DNA from: a bacterium
GTDB taxonomy: Bacteria > SAR324 > XYD2-FULL-50-16 > G965216635
Length of the DNA: 64,000 nucleotides
Assembly: GCA_965216635.1 (NCBI GenBank)
Contig: OZ244188.1
Span: 1,376,001-1,440,000 of the forward strand
Direction: 5' to 3'
In this document: in pieces, positions 27,577 through 37,549 of the stretch
How the letters are laid out: every line of letters starts with the position of its first letter
Numbering within the stretch: position 1 is the stretch's first letter
Made by a program: the position numbers and the translations under genes
The notes under the pieces: model-generated
Database searches by the model: none
Seen by the model: only the letters and a program-made list of their open reading frames with translations
Told to the model about the DNA's origin: nothing

Positions 27577-28737
27577 ATGGAAAATAATTTTATCTTTACT
27601 TCAGAATCTGTCACGGAAGGACATCCAGATAAGATCGCAGACCAAATCTCAGATCAAATACTAGACGAGTTTCTAAAAAAAGACCCTGATTCTAAAGTGG
27701 CATGCGAATGCTTAATCAAAAGTGGCTTAGTAGTCTTGGCGGGAGAAGTAACTTCTAAGGCTAGCATAGATTATTTGCAAGTAGTCAAAAACAAATTGCA
27801 TTCCATAGGCTACACTGGAAAAGAATGGGGTTTTGACATAGACCAATGCGCTATTGTTGTCAATATCAATACTCAATCCCCTGATATAGCTTTGGGAGTA
27901 GAAAAAACTAAAAATAAACAACAAGGAGCTGGCGATCAAGGTTTGATGTTTGGCTATGCGACAAATGAAACCAAAGAGTTAATGCCTATGCCTATTTTTT
28001 TGGCGCATAGTCTTGCTAAAAGATTGGCTCTCGTTAGAAAAAATAAAATTTTACCTTATCTAGGTCCTGATGGAAAAACCCAAGTGAGCGTAGAATACGA
28101 AAATGGGAATGTAAAAAGAATAGATACTGTAGTCATTAGCTCACAGCACAAAGAAAATATTTCTTTATCTGAATTGGAAGATGCCTTAATTCAAGAGGTA
28201 GGCGAAAAAATAATTCCCAGCCATTTGATTGATAAAGAAACAAATTGGCATATCAACCCTACAGGAAAATTTGTTGTCGGAGGTCCTGAAGCAGACGCTG
28301 GATTGACGGGTAGAAAAATTATCGTGGATACTTATGGAGGTATGGGGAGGCACGGAGGTGGTGCTTTTTCTGGGAAAGACCCTTCCAAAGTGGATAGATC
28401 TTCTGCTTACGCTGCCCGCTATATTGCAAAAAATATTGTAGCTGCAGGATTGTTGGACGAATGCGAAGTACAGCTAGGTTACGCCATCGGTATCGCAGAA
28501 CCTGTGTCTATCAATATCAACTCTTTCTCCCAAACCAGTAAAATAAATATGGAAAAAATTATCCAGTTTGTCCGCAAGAATTGTCCTCTAGCCCCCGAAG
28601 AGGTAATAAAATATTTCCAATTAAAAAATCCGATTTATGCCAAAACTGCAACCTACGGACACTTTGGAAGAAAAGAATTTTCTTGGGAAAAAACAGACCT
28701 AGCAGTAAAACTAAAAAAAGCCTTCCAAGGATTATAG
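27577..28737 (+). CDS. metK: S-adenosylmethionine synthetase
   Basis: FTSESVTEGHPDK, GAGDQG, GGGAFSGKD. Confidence 0.98.
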   Translation: MENNFIFTSESVTEGHPDKIADQISDQILDEFLKKDPDSKVACECLIKSGLVVLAGEVTSKASIDYLQVVKNKLHSIGYTGKEWGFDIDQCAIVVNINTQSPDIALGVEKTKNKQQGAGDQGLMFGYATNETKELMPMPIFLAHSLAKRLALVRKNKILPYLGPDGKTQVSVEYENGNVKRIDTVVISSQHKENISLSELEDALIQEVGEKIIPSHLIDKETNWHINPTGKFVVGGPEADAGLTGRKIIVDTYGGMGRHGGGAFSGKDPSKVDRSSAYAARYIAKNIVAAGLLDECEVQLGYAIGIAEPVSININSFSQTSKINMEKIIQFVRKNCPLAPEEVIKYFQLKNPIYAKTATYGHFGRKEFSWEKTDLAVKLKKAFQGL

Positions 28738-28794
28738 TATAAAATGAATTTAAGCAAAGTAGACTCTAAAGCACAGGCAGTAAGGAAAACTACT

Positions 28795-28901
28795 AAAAGG
28801 TAGGCTGATGGTTGTAGTTTAGTAGGACATTTTGGTAGAAGGAAAAAAATAGACTAGACTTTTGAATTTGCCAAATAGGACAAAACCAGCTGTTTTGGCT
28901 A
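28795..28901 (+). repeat. 107-bp direct repeat, copy 1
   Basis: Matches 30357-30463 with 2 mismatches. Confidence 0.9.
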
Positions 28902-29134
28902 AACAAGCTTGACGCTTTTTATGGGCTATTTGTGAAACAGCCAAAGGGCTATTTCACAGTTCATTCTTGCTTAATGCAAGGTTTATAGTGTTTTTTACTA
29001 CGCCATTAAAAAAAATTTTTAACTCTTGCCATTTGTGAAGAAATGCTCTTCAGTATTCCAGCGAGCTAAAAAAAATTTTTGCACCTGTTATAACCATTTG
29101 GCTAGCCGTCACATCAGCGAAATTCAAAGGTCTA
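28855..29134. mobile_element. RPE-like MITE, long composite copy
   Basis: TAGACTTTTGAATTTGCC...GCGAAATTCAAAGGTCTA; internal TGTGAAACAGCC..GGCTATTTCACA hairpin shared with the copy at 41694. Confidence 0.85.
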
Positions 29135-29135
29135 T

Positions 29136-29459
29136 AATATAGAAAAAGGAAGTATTTTGTGTACCGATAATGCAAGACATTATAAAAAAGTGCGAGGCTA
29201 TCATCACTTGCTAGTCAATCATAGCGTAGGAGAATTTGTAAAAGGAACAGCAAACACGAATGGTATGTAGGCTGTTTTAAAACGAGGTTATAATGGGACT
29301 TTTCACCATTTCAGTAGAAAACACATTGACAGTTATGTAGACGAATTTACTTTTAGATTAAATGAATGTAGTGTTAAGATACCTACAATGGAACGAGTAG
29401 AAAATATGTGTAAAGTTTTGAAAGGAAAAAGACTTACTTATAAACAATTAACAAAATAG
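29136..29459 (+). pseudogene. IS1595-family (ISXO2-like) transposase C-terminal remnant
   Basis: Manual translation NIEKGSILCTD...VNHSVGEFVKG.ANTNGM*AVLKRGYNGTFHHFSRKH...YVDEFTFRLN...GKRLTYKQL; internal stop and missing N-terminus. Confidence 0.88.
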
Positions 29460-29464
29460 AAAAG

Positions 29465-29917
29465 ATGATGAATAAAGAAAATGAGAGAAATCTATTTGCT
29501 AGGGCTAATGCTATATTGAAAGGTTGCGAAGATAAAGTAGGAACCATTACTAATTTAAAATTACAGAAACTTTTATACCTAAGTTATATAGAACATATTA
29601 GAATGGGTGGAAGTGAATTAGATTATTTAAAATTTGAAGCGTGGAAATACGGACCTGTTAATAGGGGAGCGTATGATATGTGTAAGAGTTATGGTTATTA
29701 CCCAATAGAAACAACTATAGAATTTGAAAATGAAAGACCTTTATTGATTAATGATGATTCTATTACAAGAACATTAGAGAAATATGCAAATAAAAATGCT
29801 TTTTACCTAGTTAATGAAACTCACGATGATGCTTGGTTGGAAACTATAAAAGCAGGTGAAAATCAAGAGATTAAATACGAAAGAATAAAAAATCTAGTAT
29901 TAAAAAAGGGGGTCTAG
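29465..29917 (+). CDS. Panacea-domain (DUF4065/SocA-like) antitoxin
   Basis: ITNLKLQKLLY and FEAWKYGPV motifs; ETH...W. Confidence 0.88.
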   Translation: MMNKENERNLFARANAILKGCEDKVGTITNLKLQKLLYLSYIEHIRMGGSELDYLKFEAWKYGPVNRGAYDMCKSYGYYPIETTIEFENERPLLINDDSITRTLEKYANKNAFYLVNETHDDAWLETIKAGENQEIKYERIKNLVLKKGV

Positions 29918-29918
29918 T

Positions 29919-30149
29919 TTGTCTCAAATAGTAAAAGTTGACAAAAAGTTAAAGAGTAAAAAAGTGTCTGAACAAGATAGATTTGTTACATTAAAATATA
30001 TCTTATGGATGTTCATTGTTACTTGGATTATTTCAAACTATTTAAGCCATTTGGATTATTTTAATAATGAATATTTTCGTTATTTTACTAGTTCACTCTC
30101 CTTATTTATAACGACTATTATCGGTGTTATAATAGGTTCTAAAATTTAG
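29919..30149 (+). CDS. Small two-TM protein, candidate toxin partner of the Panacea protein
   Basis: Begins 1 nt after the antitoxin stop; two hydrophobic segments. Confidence 0.55.
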   Translation: MSQIVKVDKKLKSKKVSEQDRFVTLKYILWMFIVTWIISNYLSHLDYFNNEYFRYFTSSLSLFITTIIGVIIGSKI

Positions 30150-30204
30150 TTTTTAAAAAGAAATGAAAAAATTACTAAGGTGATTTGTAAATAAAGTAAA
30201 AAAT

Positions 30205-30347
30205 ATGGATGAACAAAAATTATTACAAGACATAAAAAGTATTTTTGAAAAAAGATTTACTTCATTAGAGAGTTCATTCAATAAGAGATTTACCCATTAG
30301 AAAAAAGATTTACTTCATTAGAAACTACAGTAATTCTTTCAAAATAA
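30205..30347 (+). pseudogene. Degraded coiled-coil repeat ORF (EKRFTSLE repeats)
   Basis: MDEQKLLQDIKSIFEKRFTSLESSFNKRFT, then a frameshift to LEKRFTSLE. Confidence 0.4.
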
Positions 30348-30356
30348 ATAAAATAG

Positions 30357-30463
30357 AAAAGGTAGGCTGATGGTTGTAGTTTGGTAGAACATTTTGGTAG
30401 AAGGAAAAAAATAGACTAGACTTTTGAATTTGCCAAATAGGACAAAACCAGCTGTTTTGGCTA
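30357..30463 (+). repeat. 107-bp direct repeat, copy 2 (includes a MITE left arm from 30417)
   Basis: See 28795-28901. Confidence 0.9.
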
Positions 30464-30665
30464 GACTTTGGTAAAGTCTAGCTGAACTAGGAAAAGCTCT
30501 AGTCTCATTATGTTTTGTTTGACATCAATGCTATATTTGGCTAGGCTTTGGTAAAGTTTAGCTAAACTAGACACAACCTAGACAAACTAGGAGACAAACT
30601 AGGAAAATGTTTTTTATAAGCCTTTGAATTTCTTAGAAATTCAAAAGGCTATTTTAATTTAAACT

Positions 30666-30722
30666 TAGACCTTTGAATTTGCATTTTGTTTAGTCTAAAC
30701 AGAACGCAAATTCAATAGTCTC
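30666..30722. mobile_element. Minimal 57-bp MITE (termini only)
   Basis: TAGACCTTTGAATTTGCATTTTGTTTAG-T-CTAAACAGAACGCAAATTCAATAGTCTC hairpin. Confidence 0.75.
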
Positions 30723-30738
30723 AAACTAAAAAAAAATC

Positions 30739-31926
30739 ATGCAAGGAATATCAAAAAGAGCGTTAAAAATGCCTCTTAAAAATTATAAGACAAAAGTAGC
30801 TCAATCTAATCAATGGGCTGGTTTTCAATGGGCTAGACAACGGGCTGGATTCCAATGGACATTACTGCTAGGTGTGGTTTTGTTGAGTTTTCAGTTTGTA
30901 GGAAAGGGTCTACAGGCGCAGGACAGCCAAACAAGTAAAATTGGTAAAGGTGGTTGGTTTATTGGGTTAACTCCCTATGCTTTGGGTCTTTCGGAGTCAA
31001 AGACTTCTGTTCGTATAACAGGTGTTACTCCTATAGGCGTCACAACAGATAGTGGGGCTGGATTTAGCTTTAAGGCTGTAGCTCCTAGTGATACAGACTT
31101 GGGTCTTGCTAATAGTCAAGTTCACGCACAAGCAGCAGCCGAAAGTCTTTGTAAGACTGGTTTTGCGAACGCAGACAGAAGCAATACTAATTTTGAACTT
31201 TCCCAATTCGCCCTAGCTGATGGAACAACTGATTTTACACGCTACTCAACACGTAGTTTCACACACTGTAGAGATCATTTTGCTGGGCTTTTTTCCGATG
31301 CTAGCCAAGAAGATGTACCATTCCAATCGCCAAAAGCCTCCCCAAAACCAGCGACAGCAAAATGGAGCGGTGCCGGCTTGCACTTCGGCTGGCAGTTTCC
31401 CGAGGGAGATAGAGTAGGATTGCAGATACACAACTGGAAAGGAGGGGATACCGAAATAAGTAGCCAGATTGCAATGTATGATTATTTTTTCTCCAAAGGC
31501 TTTTATGCGGGAGTAGGCGTTGGAACTCTGCAACTCAAAGCACTAGGAAAAACAGAAAGCCAAAGAGCAACAGCTGTGAATCTGGGTTGGCAGTATTCTA
31601 TTAAGGAGAATCTCAAGTTGGAATTAGGCTACCTCCTTTTGAACGGTGAGGTAAGCGTTAAAAAAGAAACCAGAGCAACCAGAAATGTAGTGATTTCCAG
31701 AGCAGTAGTGGAAGCACAAGTTGTGTATGTGGGGTTTAACTATATCATAAATGGTTCTGCCCCATCCTGTAGCGGAGTTGGGTGTTCTTTACTGAACAAT
31801 GGAGTAAGAGTTACTAGCGAGCCACTCACTCAGGAAATATCACAAGAACACGAAGTAATAGAAACCCAAGAAGTAACAGTCTCCAAACCATCTGTGATCT
31901 ATATCCGCTTGAGCCTCAGCTTTTAA
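30739..31926 (+). CDS. Outer-membrane beta-barrel protein, distant paralogue of the OMP family
   Basis: LQAQ cleavage region, GWFIGL, GAGLHFGWQF, YDYFF..GFYAGVG, VNLGWQY, C-terminal IRLSLSF; Cys pair in loop 1. Confidence 0.75.
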   Translation: MQGISKRALKMPLKNYKTKVAQSNQWAGFQWARQRAGFQWTLLLGVVLLSFQFVGKGLQAQDSQTSKIGKGGWFIGLTPYALGLSESKTSVRITGVTPIGVTTDSGAGFSFKAVAPSDTDLGLANSQVHAQAAAESLCKTGFANADRSNTNFELSQFALADGTTDFTRYSTRSFTHCRDHFAGLFSDASQEDVPFQSPKASPKPATAKWSGAGLHFGWQFPEGDRVGLQIHNWKGGDTEISSQIAMYDYFFSKGFYAGVGVGTLQLKALGKTESQRATAVNLGWQYSIKENLKLELGYLLLNGEVSVKKETRATRNVVISRAVVEAQVVYVGFNYIINGSAPSCSGVGCSLLNNGVRVTSEPLTQEISQEHEVIETQEVTVSKPSVIYIRLSLSF

Positions 31927-32072
31927 GAACCTGCAGGGGACATTTTTTTTGCTTTGCAAAAAATGTGTCCCCGTTCTTAAAGAAGAACCTTTTCGTCAAA
32001 GGAACTTCCGTCAAGGAAACTCCTTTTAAGAACGTTTCTTTTAAGCCCAAAAATAGTTTAAAAAGTTCAACT

Positions 32073-32136
32073 TGTTTTGGCTAGACTTTGGCAAGCCCCA
32101 ATAGTGTGGTAAGCATCAATGAAATTCAAAGGTCTA
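32073..32136. mobile_element. MITE right arm (partner of the left arm at 30417)
   Basis: TGTTTTGGCTAGACTTTGG...GAAATTCAAAGGTCTA. Confidence 0.7.
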
Positions 32137-32152
32137 TAAAAGCATCTAAATT

Positions 32153-33607
32153 TTAACTTTTGGAAATAGTTTTGTGCCACTCCATTGTAGCATTCGTAAT
32201 GGACTGTTCTAACCAATCTTTGAATCTTTTTATAGTATCCTCCTGTTTTTCTTTGTAATTGAATTGGAACAAGCTCTTTACAGCTTCTAATCCAGTATCA
32301 GGTGTATTATTTTCTTCTTGTTGAAAAACAAAAGCAGAAACCACCATAATCCCATCCGATGCGTATCCATAGGTATGAAAACTCAAAACAAAAGAAAATT
32401 TTGATTTTGTTTTTATGCTTAGTCTAACCCAAGATTTGTAATCATCTAAATTCGCGTAATAATCAAATTGATGGGCTATTTCTACAATTTGTTGCTTAAA
32501 ATAATAATTTTTTTTGTTATCAAAATTCGCCTCTGCTACATAAGTATAAAATGAGGAAGATATTTTCTTTATTTTTTTATATAACTGTTTTTCAATTTTT
32601 TTAACTTCTTTTAAAGTTATTTGTTGTAATTCTTTCGCTGTAGCATAAACCTCTTTTAATTCATCGCGATGTTTTTGTTTTTGTTTTTCTAAATGCTTAA
32701 TAGCAGAATCTAAAATTTCTTCTGTGAGGTTTGTTTGAATTTCTTTTTCAATATTGAGAGCAGATAAAAGTTCTTTTTTTTGAAGTTCAATAAAAAGCGC
32801 AACTAAAGTTGATAAATTTCCTTGGTCGGCTGATTCTAAAGACTCAATGTAGCGAGTTCTATCAGAATCTCTAATTACAAGTGGAAAAAAATGATTTTTA
32901 AGTAGAACTAAAGAAGCTAACGCTCTTGCCATCCTACCATTACCGTCTTGAAAGGGGTGAATTTGTGTAAAGCGATGGTGCAACCAAGCAGACAACACTT
33001 CAGGAGCAGTTTGTTTTTCCACTTCTTCTGTATACCAAAATAGTAATTGTTCTATTTCTTCTTGAACGAATTCTGGAGGACAGTAGTAGTGCATATCTCC
33101 GTTTCTTTTGGGGTTGTTAGGAAGTTTTTTATAATCTCCTTTTAAAAGGGCTATCTTTTGTTTTTTTCCATCTGCTGTAATGGCTTCAGTGTTTTCTTGA
33201 TTTTTGGTAAATTCGCTATGAAGGCTACGGATAAAGTGTGAATCCAAAGGACGTTCTTCTTTGATAAAGTCAAAGAGACCATTTATTACGCTTTCGTGGT
33301 CTTGAATCATTGCATAAGCATTTTGACTCTTTTCTTGTCCCAAGCCACTTTTATTAGAGATAGCAGGCAGAGTGATACCCTCATTTATCAGTATTTCAGT
33401 TACCCCTCTATCCCACACATAAAGCCTTTCTACAATTCCAGTCTCAATAGCCCACTTTCTTTTTAGTTTAATTAGAAAATCTTGATAGTTTTTTGACTTT
33501 TCTATTTCTTTAAATTTTTTTTGCCAAACAACGCCTAAAGAGGCTAATTCTGTAGAGGCTAATTTTCTATCTTCATTTCTTAAAGGCAAGATTTTTTTGT
33601 AGTCCAT
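32153..33607 (-). CDS. Fic family protein
   Basis: Canonical HPFQDGNGRMAR motif. Confidence 0.92.
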   Translation of the reverse strand: MDYKKILPLRNEDRKLASTELASLGVVWQKKFKEIEKSKNYQDFLIKLKRKWAIETGIVERLYVWDRGVTEILINEGITLPAISNKSGLGQEKSQNAYAMIQDHESVINGLFDFIKEERPLDSHFIRSLHSEFTKNQENTEAITADGKKQKIALLKGDYKKLPNNPKRNGDMHYYCPPEFVQEEIEQLLFWYTEEVEKQTAPEVLSAWLHHRFTQIHPFQDGNGRMARALASLVLLKNHFFPLVIRDSDRTRYIESLESADQGNLSTLVALFIELQKKELLSALNIEKEIQTNLTEEILDSAIKHLEKQKQKHRDELKEVYATAKELQQITLKEVKKIEKQLYKKIKKISSSFYTYVAEANFDNKKNYYFKQQIVEIAHQFDYYANLDDYKSWVRLSIKTKSKFSFVLSFHTYGYASDGIMVVSAFVFQQEENNTPDTGLEAVKSLFQFNYKEKQEDTIKRFKDWLEQSITNATMEWHKTISKS

Positions 33608-33616
33608 TGCTGACCT

Positions 33617-34618
33617 TTAAGATTTTTTCAACCAAGAAAACATTTTCCGCAATTGTATTCCTACCTTTTCTATTGGATGTTCTGCATCTTTTTTTCGCAT
33701 CGCTTTAAAATTATCTGCTCCGCTTTCGCATTCGGCTATCCACTGTTTTGCAAAACTACCGTCTTGGATTTTCGCTAAAATATTCTTCATAGCATTTCTT
33801 GCTTCTTGTCCTATAATTTCTCGAGAACGCAGCATACCACCATATTCAGCAGTCTCTGATACAGAATAATTCATTCCGCTAATACCGCCTTCGTACATCA
33901 AGTCTACTATCAGTTTTACTTCGTGTAGACATTCAAAATATGCAATATGGGCGGGGTATCCCGCTTCTACTAGAGTATCAAAACCCGCTCTAATCAATTC
34001 CGAAATACCTCCACAAAGCACTGCCTGTTCCCCAAAAAGATCGGTCTCGGTCTCGTCTTTAAAATTGGTTAAAATCACTCCCGCTCTAGCTCCTCCAATT
34101 CCTTTTGCCCAAGCCATAGCCGATTCAAAAGCCTTTCCTGAAACATTCTGATAAATGGCTATAAGGCACGGCACGCCTGAGCCTTCTTGGTAGGTTCGTC
34201 TTACAAGATGTCCAGGTCCCTTTGGAGCTATCATCACTACATCTATATTTTTAGGAGGAATTACCTGTTTGAAATGAATGCTAAAACCGTGTGCAACGCA
34301 GAGAGTATTTCCAGCCTCCAAATAAGGCGCAATCTCTTTGTTATAAATCTTTTTTTGGTGCTGATCTGGAGTTAGCATCATAATTATATCAGCCCACTTG
34401 GCAGCCGCTGCGGGTGTTTGTACTGTCAATCCTTCTTGGTCTGCTTTAACTCTACTAGCAGAATTCTCTCTTAACCCAACAACAACATTCATCCCACTAT
34501 CTTTTAAATTAAGGGCGTGAGCGTGCCCTTGACTACCATAACCGATAACAGCAATTTTCTTATCCTGTATTAAGGATAAATCTGCATTGTCTTCATAATA
34601 AATTGTTAAATCTTCCAT
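33617..34618 (-). CDS. ilvC: Ketol-acid reductoisomerase
   Basis: [34 protein letters not shown]. Confidence 0.98.
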   Translation of the reverse strand: MEDLTIYYEDNADLSLIQDKKIAVIGYGSQGHAHALNLKDSGMNVVVGLRENSASRVKADQEGLTVQTPAAAAKWADIIMMLTPDQHQKKIYNKEIAPYLEAGNTLCVAHGFSIHFKQVIPPKNIDVVMIAPKGPGHLVRRTYQEGSGVPCLIAIYQNVSGKAFESAMAWAKGIGGARAGVILTNFKDETETDLFGEQAVLCGGISELIRAGFDTLVEAGYPAHIAYFECLHEVKLIVDLMYEGGISGMNYSVSETAEYGGMLRSREIIGQEARNAMKNILAKIQDGSFAKQWIAECESGADNFKAMRKKDAEHPIEKVGIQLRKMFSWLKKS

Positions 34619-34743
34619 AGTATCTGTATTTTGAATTAGATGTTATAAAAAAGTCATAGGATAATGAAAAAATATTATAAAATCAATCCTAAATTACTTA
34701 TACAAACTTAGGCTCTAGAAAACTTGCATAATCTCATTATTGT

Positions 34744-34931
34744 GGCACCACAAAACTTGCATAATCCCAAAAAGAAATGTAAAAAAACCAAATGGTCGTA
34801 CCGGTGGCTCTTTTACTATAACCCTTATGAATAGATAGCAGTAAGAGAGCCTTTATTCACAAATGGTAAGAGTTAAAAAAAAAAAATCAACGCTGCATAG
34901 GCTAAACTAGATAAGCAAATACGACAGTCTA
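34744..34931. mobile_element. Degenerate RPE-like MITE (left boundary approximate)
   Basis: Ends CAACGCTGCATAGGCTAAAC...GCAAATACGACAGTCTA; internal modules shared with the copies at 1850 and 15007. Confidence 0.65.
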
Positions 34932-34945
34932 TCAAATAAACACTT

Positions 34946-36328
34946 ATGTTTTTCAACACACTTTATATTGTTATTTTTGCACTACTATTCCCCTTTTTTT
35001 TACTGAAAATTTGCATTTCTACCCATTTTAGGAAAATTTTTTTTTATAGACTAAGGGCTAGCTTCTCTGTCCCGCAAGTTTTTTCCTCTCATACTCTTTG
35101 TGATAAAAATTGGATTTGGATACACGCAGCTTCTGTAGGAGAAGTGGATTTAGTGAGGCTATTACAAGAAAAATGGCAAGCTCCTTATTTTATCACGACG
35201 AACACACTCGGTGGACTAACCCAAGCCAAAAAATTCAACCCTCATTCTTTTATAGCTCCCTTAGATTTTAGCTGGTCAATAAAAAACTGGTTCAAAAAAA
35301 TAAAAATTAAAGGCTTGGTTTTGATAGAAGCTGAAATCTGGTATAATACTATTTCTCTTGCCGCCAAAAAATGCCCTGTAGCTTTAGTCAATGGTAGGGT
35401 GCAAAAAAAAGATGGGCTGAATCATTATGCAAACCGTATGCTATACCAAAAACTATTCACGCAATTTTCTCTAATATTAGCTTCCAATCAATCAAGCTAC
35501 GATTTTTACTGTTCCCTAGGAAAAGACAAAAAGCAAAAAACAGAAAACAACAAACCAAAAATAGCCTACAGTGGCAATTTAAAATTTGCTTCTAGCTCCA
35601 TTGGGCAAACCATTGGCAAACTTAACCTCTCCTCGCACCACCCCATAAAAACAGCCAGTAGAACAGCCAGTAGCACAGCCAGCAGAACAGCCAGTAGCAC
35701 AGCCAGCAGCAAAAAAAAAAACTCCGCGACAAAAACAGGAGCCAAGTTATTTTTAGCAGCCTCTCTACAACCCGAAGAGCTTCCTATTATTTTGGATGCT
35801 TATTTTCTCGCCAAACAAAAAATTCCTTCTTTGTATTTGGCTTTGATTCCTAGGCACCTAGAAAAGACATCTCTTTTTTTAAAACAACTTCCTAAAAAAA
35901 CACAGCTCATAACCAAACATCCTCTCAAAAGCTGTTTTTTTGAAAACTCGGCACAAAAAATTCTTTTTATTCCTCTACTAGGTGTGCTAAAAGATTGGTA
36001 TGCGAATGCTGATAGTGTTTTTGTAGGAGGCTCTCTTTGTGCTAGAGGAGGACAAAATATTATAGAGCCTTTGAGTTTTGGAGTGCCTACCGCAACAGGT
36101 TATAATACCAAAAATTTTGAATTTGCGATGGAGCTATTTCTTCCAGTCGCTTCTATCTGCAAAGTAAATAATGCGGCTGAACTATCCGATTTTATTGTGC
36201 AGAGTCTCCAAAAACCAGCTTCGTTTCAAAAAGGATTAGCATTAGCACAAAAAATCATTACCGAGCAGAACTCTTCGCTTTCTTATACTGTAAAGGAATT
36301 GAAAGATATTTATAGAGACCTTTGCTGA
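34946..36328 (+). CDS. waaA: 3-deoxy-D-manno-octulosonic acid (Kdo) transferase
   Basis: IWIHAASVGE, PLDF, GNLKF, PRH.E, FVGGSL...GGQNIIEP; in-frame 12-bp x5 repeat at 35651-35710. Confidence 0.9.
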   Translation: MFFNTLYIVIFALLFPFFLLKICISTHFRKIFFYRLRASFSVPQVFSSHTLCDKNWIWIHAASVGEVDLVRLLQEKWQAPYFITTNTLGGLTQAKKFNPHSFIAPLDFSWSIKNWFKKIKIKGLVLIEAEIWYNTISLAAKKCPVALVNGRVQKKDGLNHYANRMLYQKLFTQFSLILASNQSSYDFYCSLGKDKKQKTENNKPKIAYSGNLKFASSSIGQTIGKLNLSSHHPIKTASRTASSTASRTASSTASSKKKNSATKTGAKLFLAASLQPEELPIILDAYFLAKQKIPSLYLALIPRHLEKTSLFLKQLPKKTQLITKHPLKSCFFENSAQKILFIPLLGVLKDWYANADSVFVGGSLCARGGQNIIEPLSFGVPTATGYNTKNFEFAMELFLPVASICKVNNAAELSDFIVQSLQKPASFQKGLALAQKIITEQNSSLSYTVKELKDIYRDLC

Positions 36329-36376
36329 ATCTAGTCTATTTTTTAAGGAACGACTACCTAATAATTAAACTCAAAA

Positions 36377-37549
36377 ATGGCAACAAAAATAAATACCATC
36401 TTAAACGCAGCTCGCATTCATTGCGAAAGAATAATCAAACCCAGTGTAAATAATTGGAATGATATGGCTAAGTGGCCCAGAGCGGCTTCTAATAAAGCGG
36501 CAGCTGCAGGTTTGACGGGTTTGTATTGTCCTAAAGAACTAGGAGGGCAAGGCTTATCTTTAGAAGAAGGAATTCAAGTTTATGAAGAATTAGGCAAAGG
36601 AGATGGGGCTTATGCTTTTGCCTTGTCTATGCATAATATTTGTAGCTATGCTATTTGTAATTTTGCGGGTGATACATTTAAAAAGAAATGGGCAAAAGAT
36701 ATTACTGCGGGTCGTAAGCTAGTTAATTTTGCTTTAACCGAACCGCAATCTGGTTCAGATCCTGCCGTAATGTTCACTAGAGCCAACTCTAATAAGGATA
36801 ACAGTTTTACTATTAATGGCTCTAAGGCTTGGGTTTCTCTAGCAAACGAAGCCGATGTTTATCTAGTTGTTGCAAAAACTTCTGACAAAGCTGGTTATAA
36901 AGATATGGTAATGCTCGCAGTGCCCAAGGGAGCTAAGGGTTTAAGTTTTGGAACTTTATACAACACTCCTTCCTATCGTTTTTTACCTATGGCGGAAATG
37001 TATTTAGACAAAGTAGAAGTTCCAGCAGAGAATCTTATTTTACCAGCAGGCAAAGCCTTTAGTGGTGCATTGATGGCTATAGATATTGCCCGAGTTTCTA
37101 TTGCCTCAGGTTGTTGTGGGCTTATCAGCTCTGCTCTAGATATTGCTTTGCGCTATACTAAAGATAGAAAAATGTTCGGCACTACAAATTTAAAACTAGA
37201 CGGTATTCAATGGATGTTAGGAGAAGTAGCTACAGATTTAGAAATATCGCGTTTGCTTTATCGTAAAGCGGCTTCTGCGCTAGGTAGCGAAGAAGGAACT
37301 TTAACAGCAGCCTATGCCAAAAGATTTGTACCCGATGCGGCTTTAAGAGCAGTCAACACCTGTACTCAAGTATTAGGAGGAATGGGGCTTTTAAAAAATT
37401 ATGGATTGGATAGACTCAGCCGTTTAGCACAAATGCTTAAAATTGTGGATGGAACAACAGAAATCCAAAGACTGATTATTGGTCGCGATTTGATGAAAAG
37501 AGCAGAAGCATTACCAACTATCTCTATTCCTAAAGGCTATGGCGAATAA
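36377..37549 (+). CDS. Acyl-CoA dehydrogenase
   Basis: FALTEPQSGSD, INGSKAWVS, QVLGGMG, IVDGTTEIQR. Confidence 0.92.
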   Translation: MATKINTILNAARIHCERIIKPSVNNWNDMAKWPRAASNKAAAAGLTGLYCPKELGGQGLSLEEGIQVYEELGKGDGAYAFALSMHNICSYAICNFAGDTFKKKWAKDITAGRKLVNFALTEPQSGSDPAVMFTRANSNKDNSFTINGSKAWVSLANEADVYLVVAKTSDKAGYKDMVMLAVPKGAKGLSFGTLYNTPSYRFLPMAEMYLDKVEVPAENLILPAGKAFSGALMAIDIARVSIASGCCGLISSALDIALRYTKDRKMFGTTNLKLDGIQWMLGEVATDLEISRLLYRKAASALGSEEGTLTAAYAKRFVPDAALRAVNTCTQVLGGMGLLKNYGLDRLSRLAQMLKIVDGTTEIQRLIIGRDLMKRAEALPTISIPKGYGE

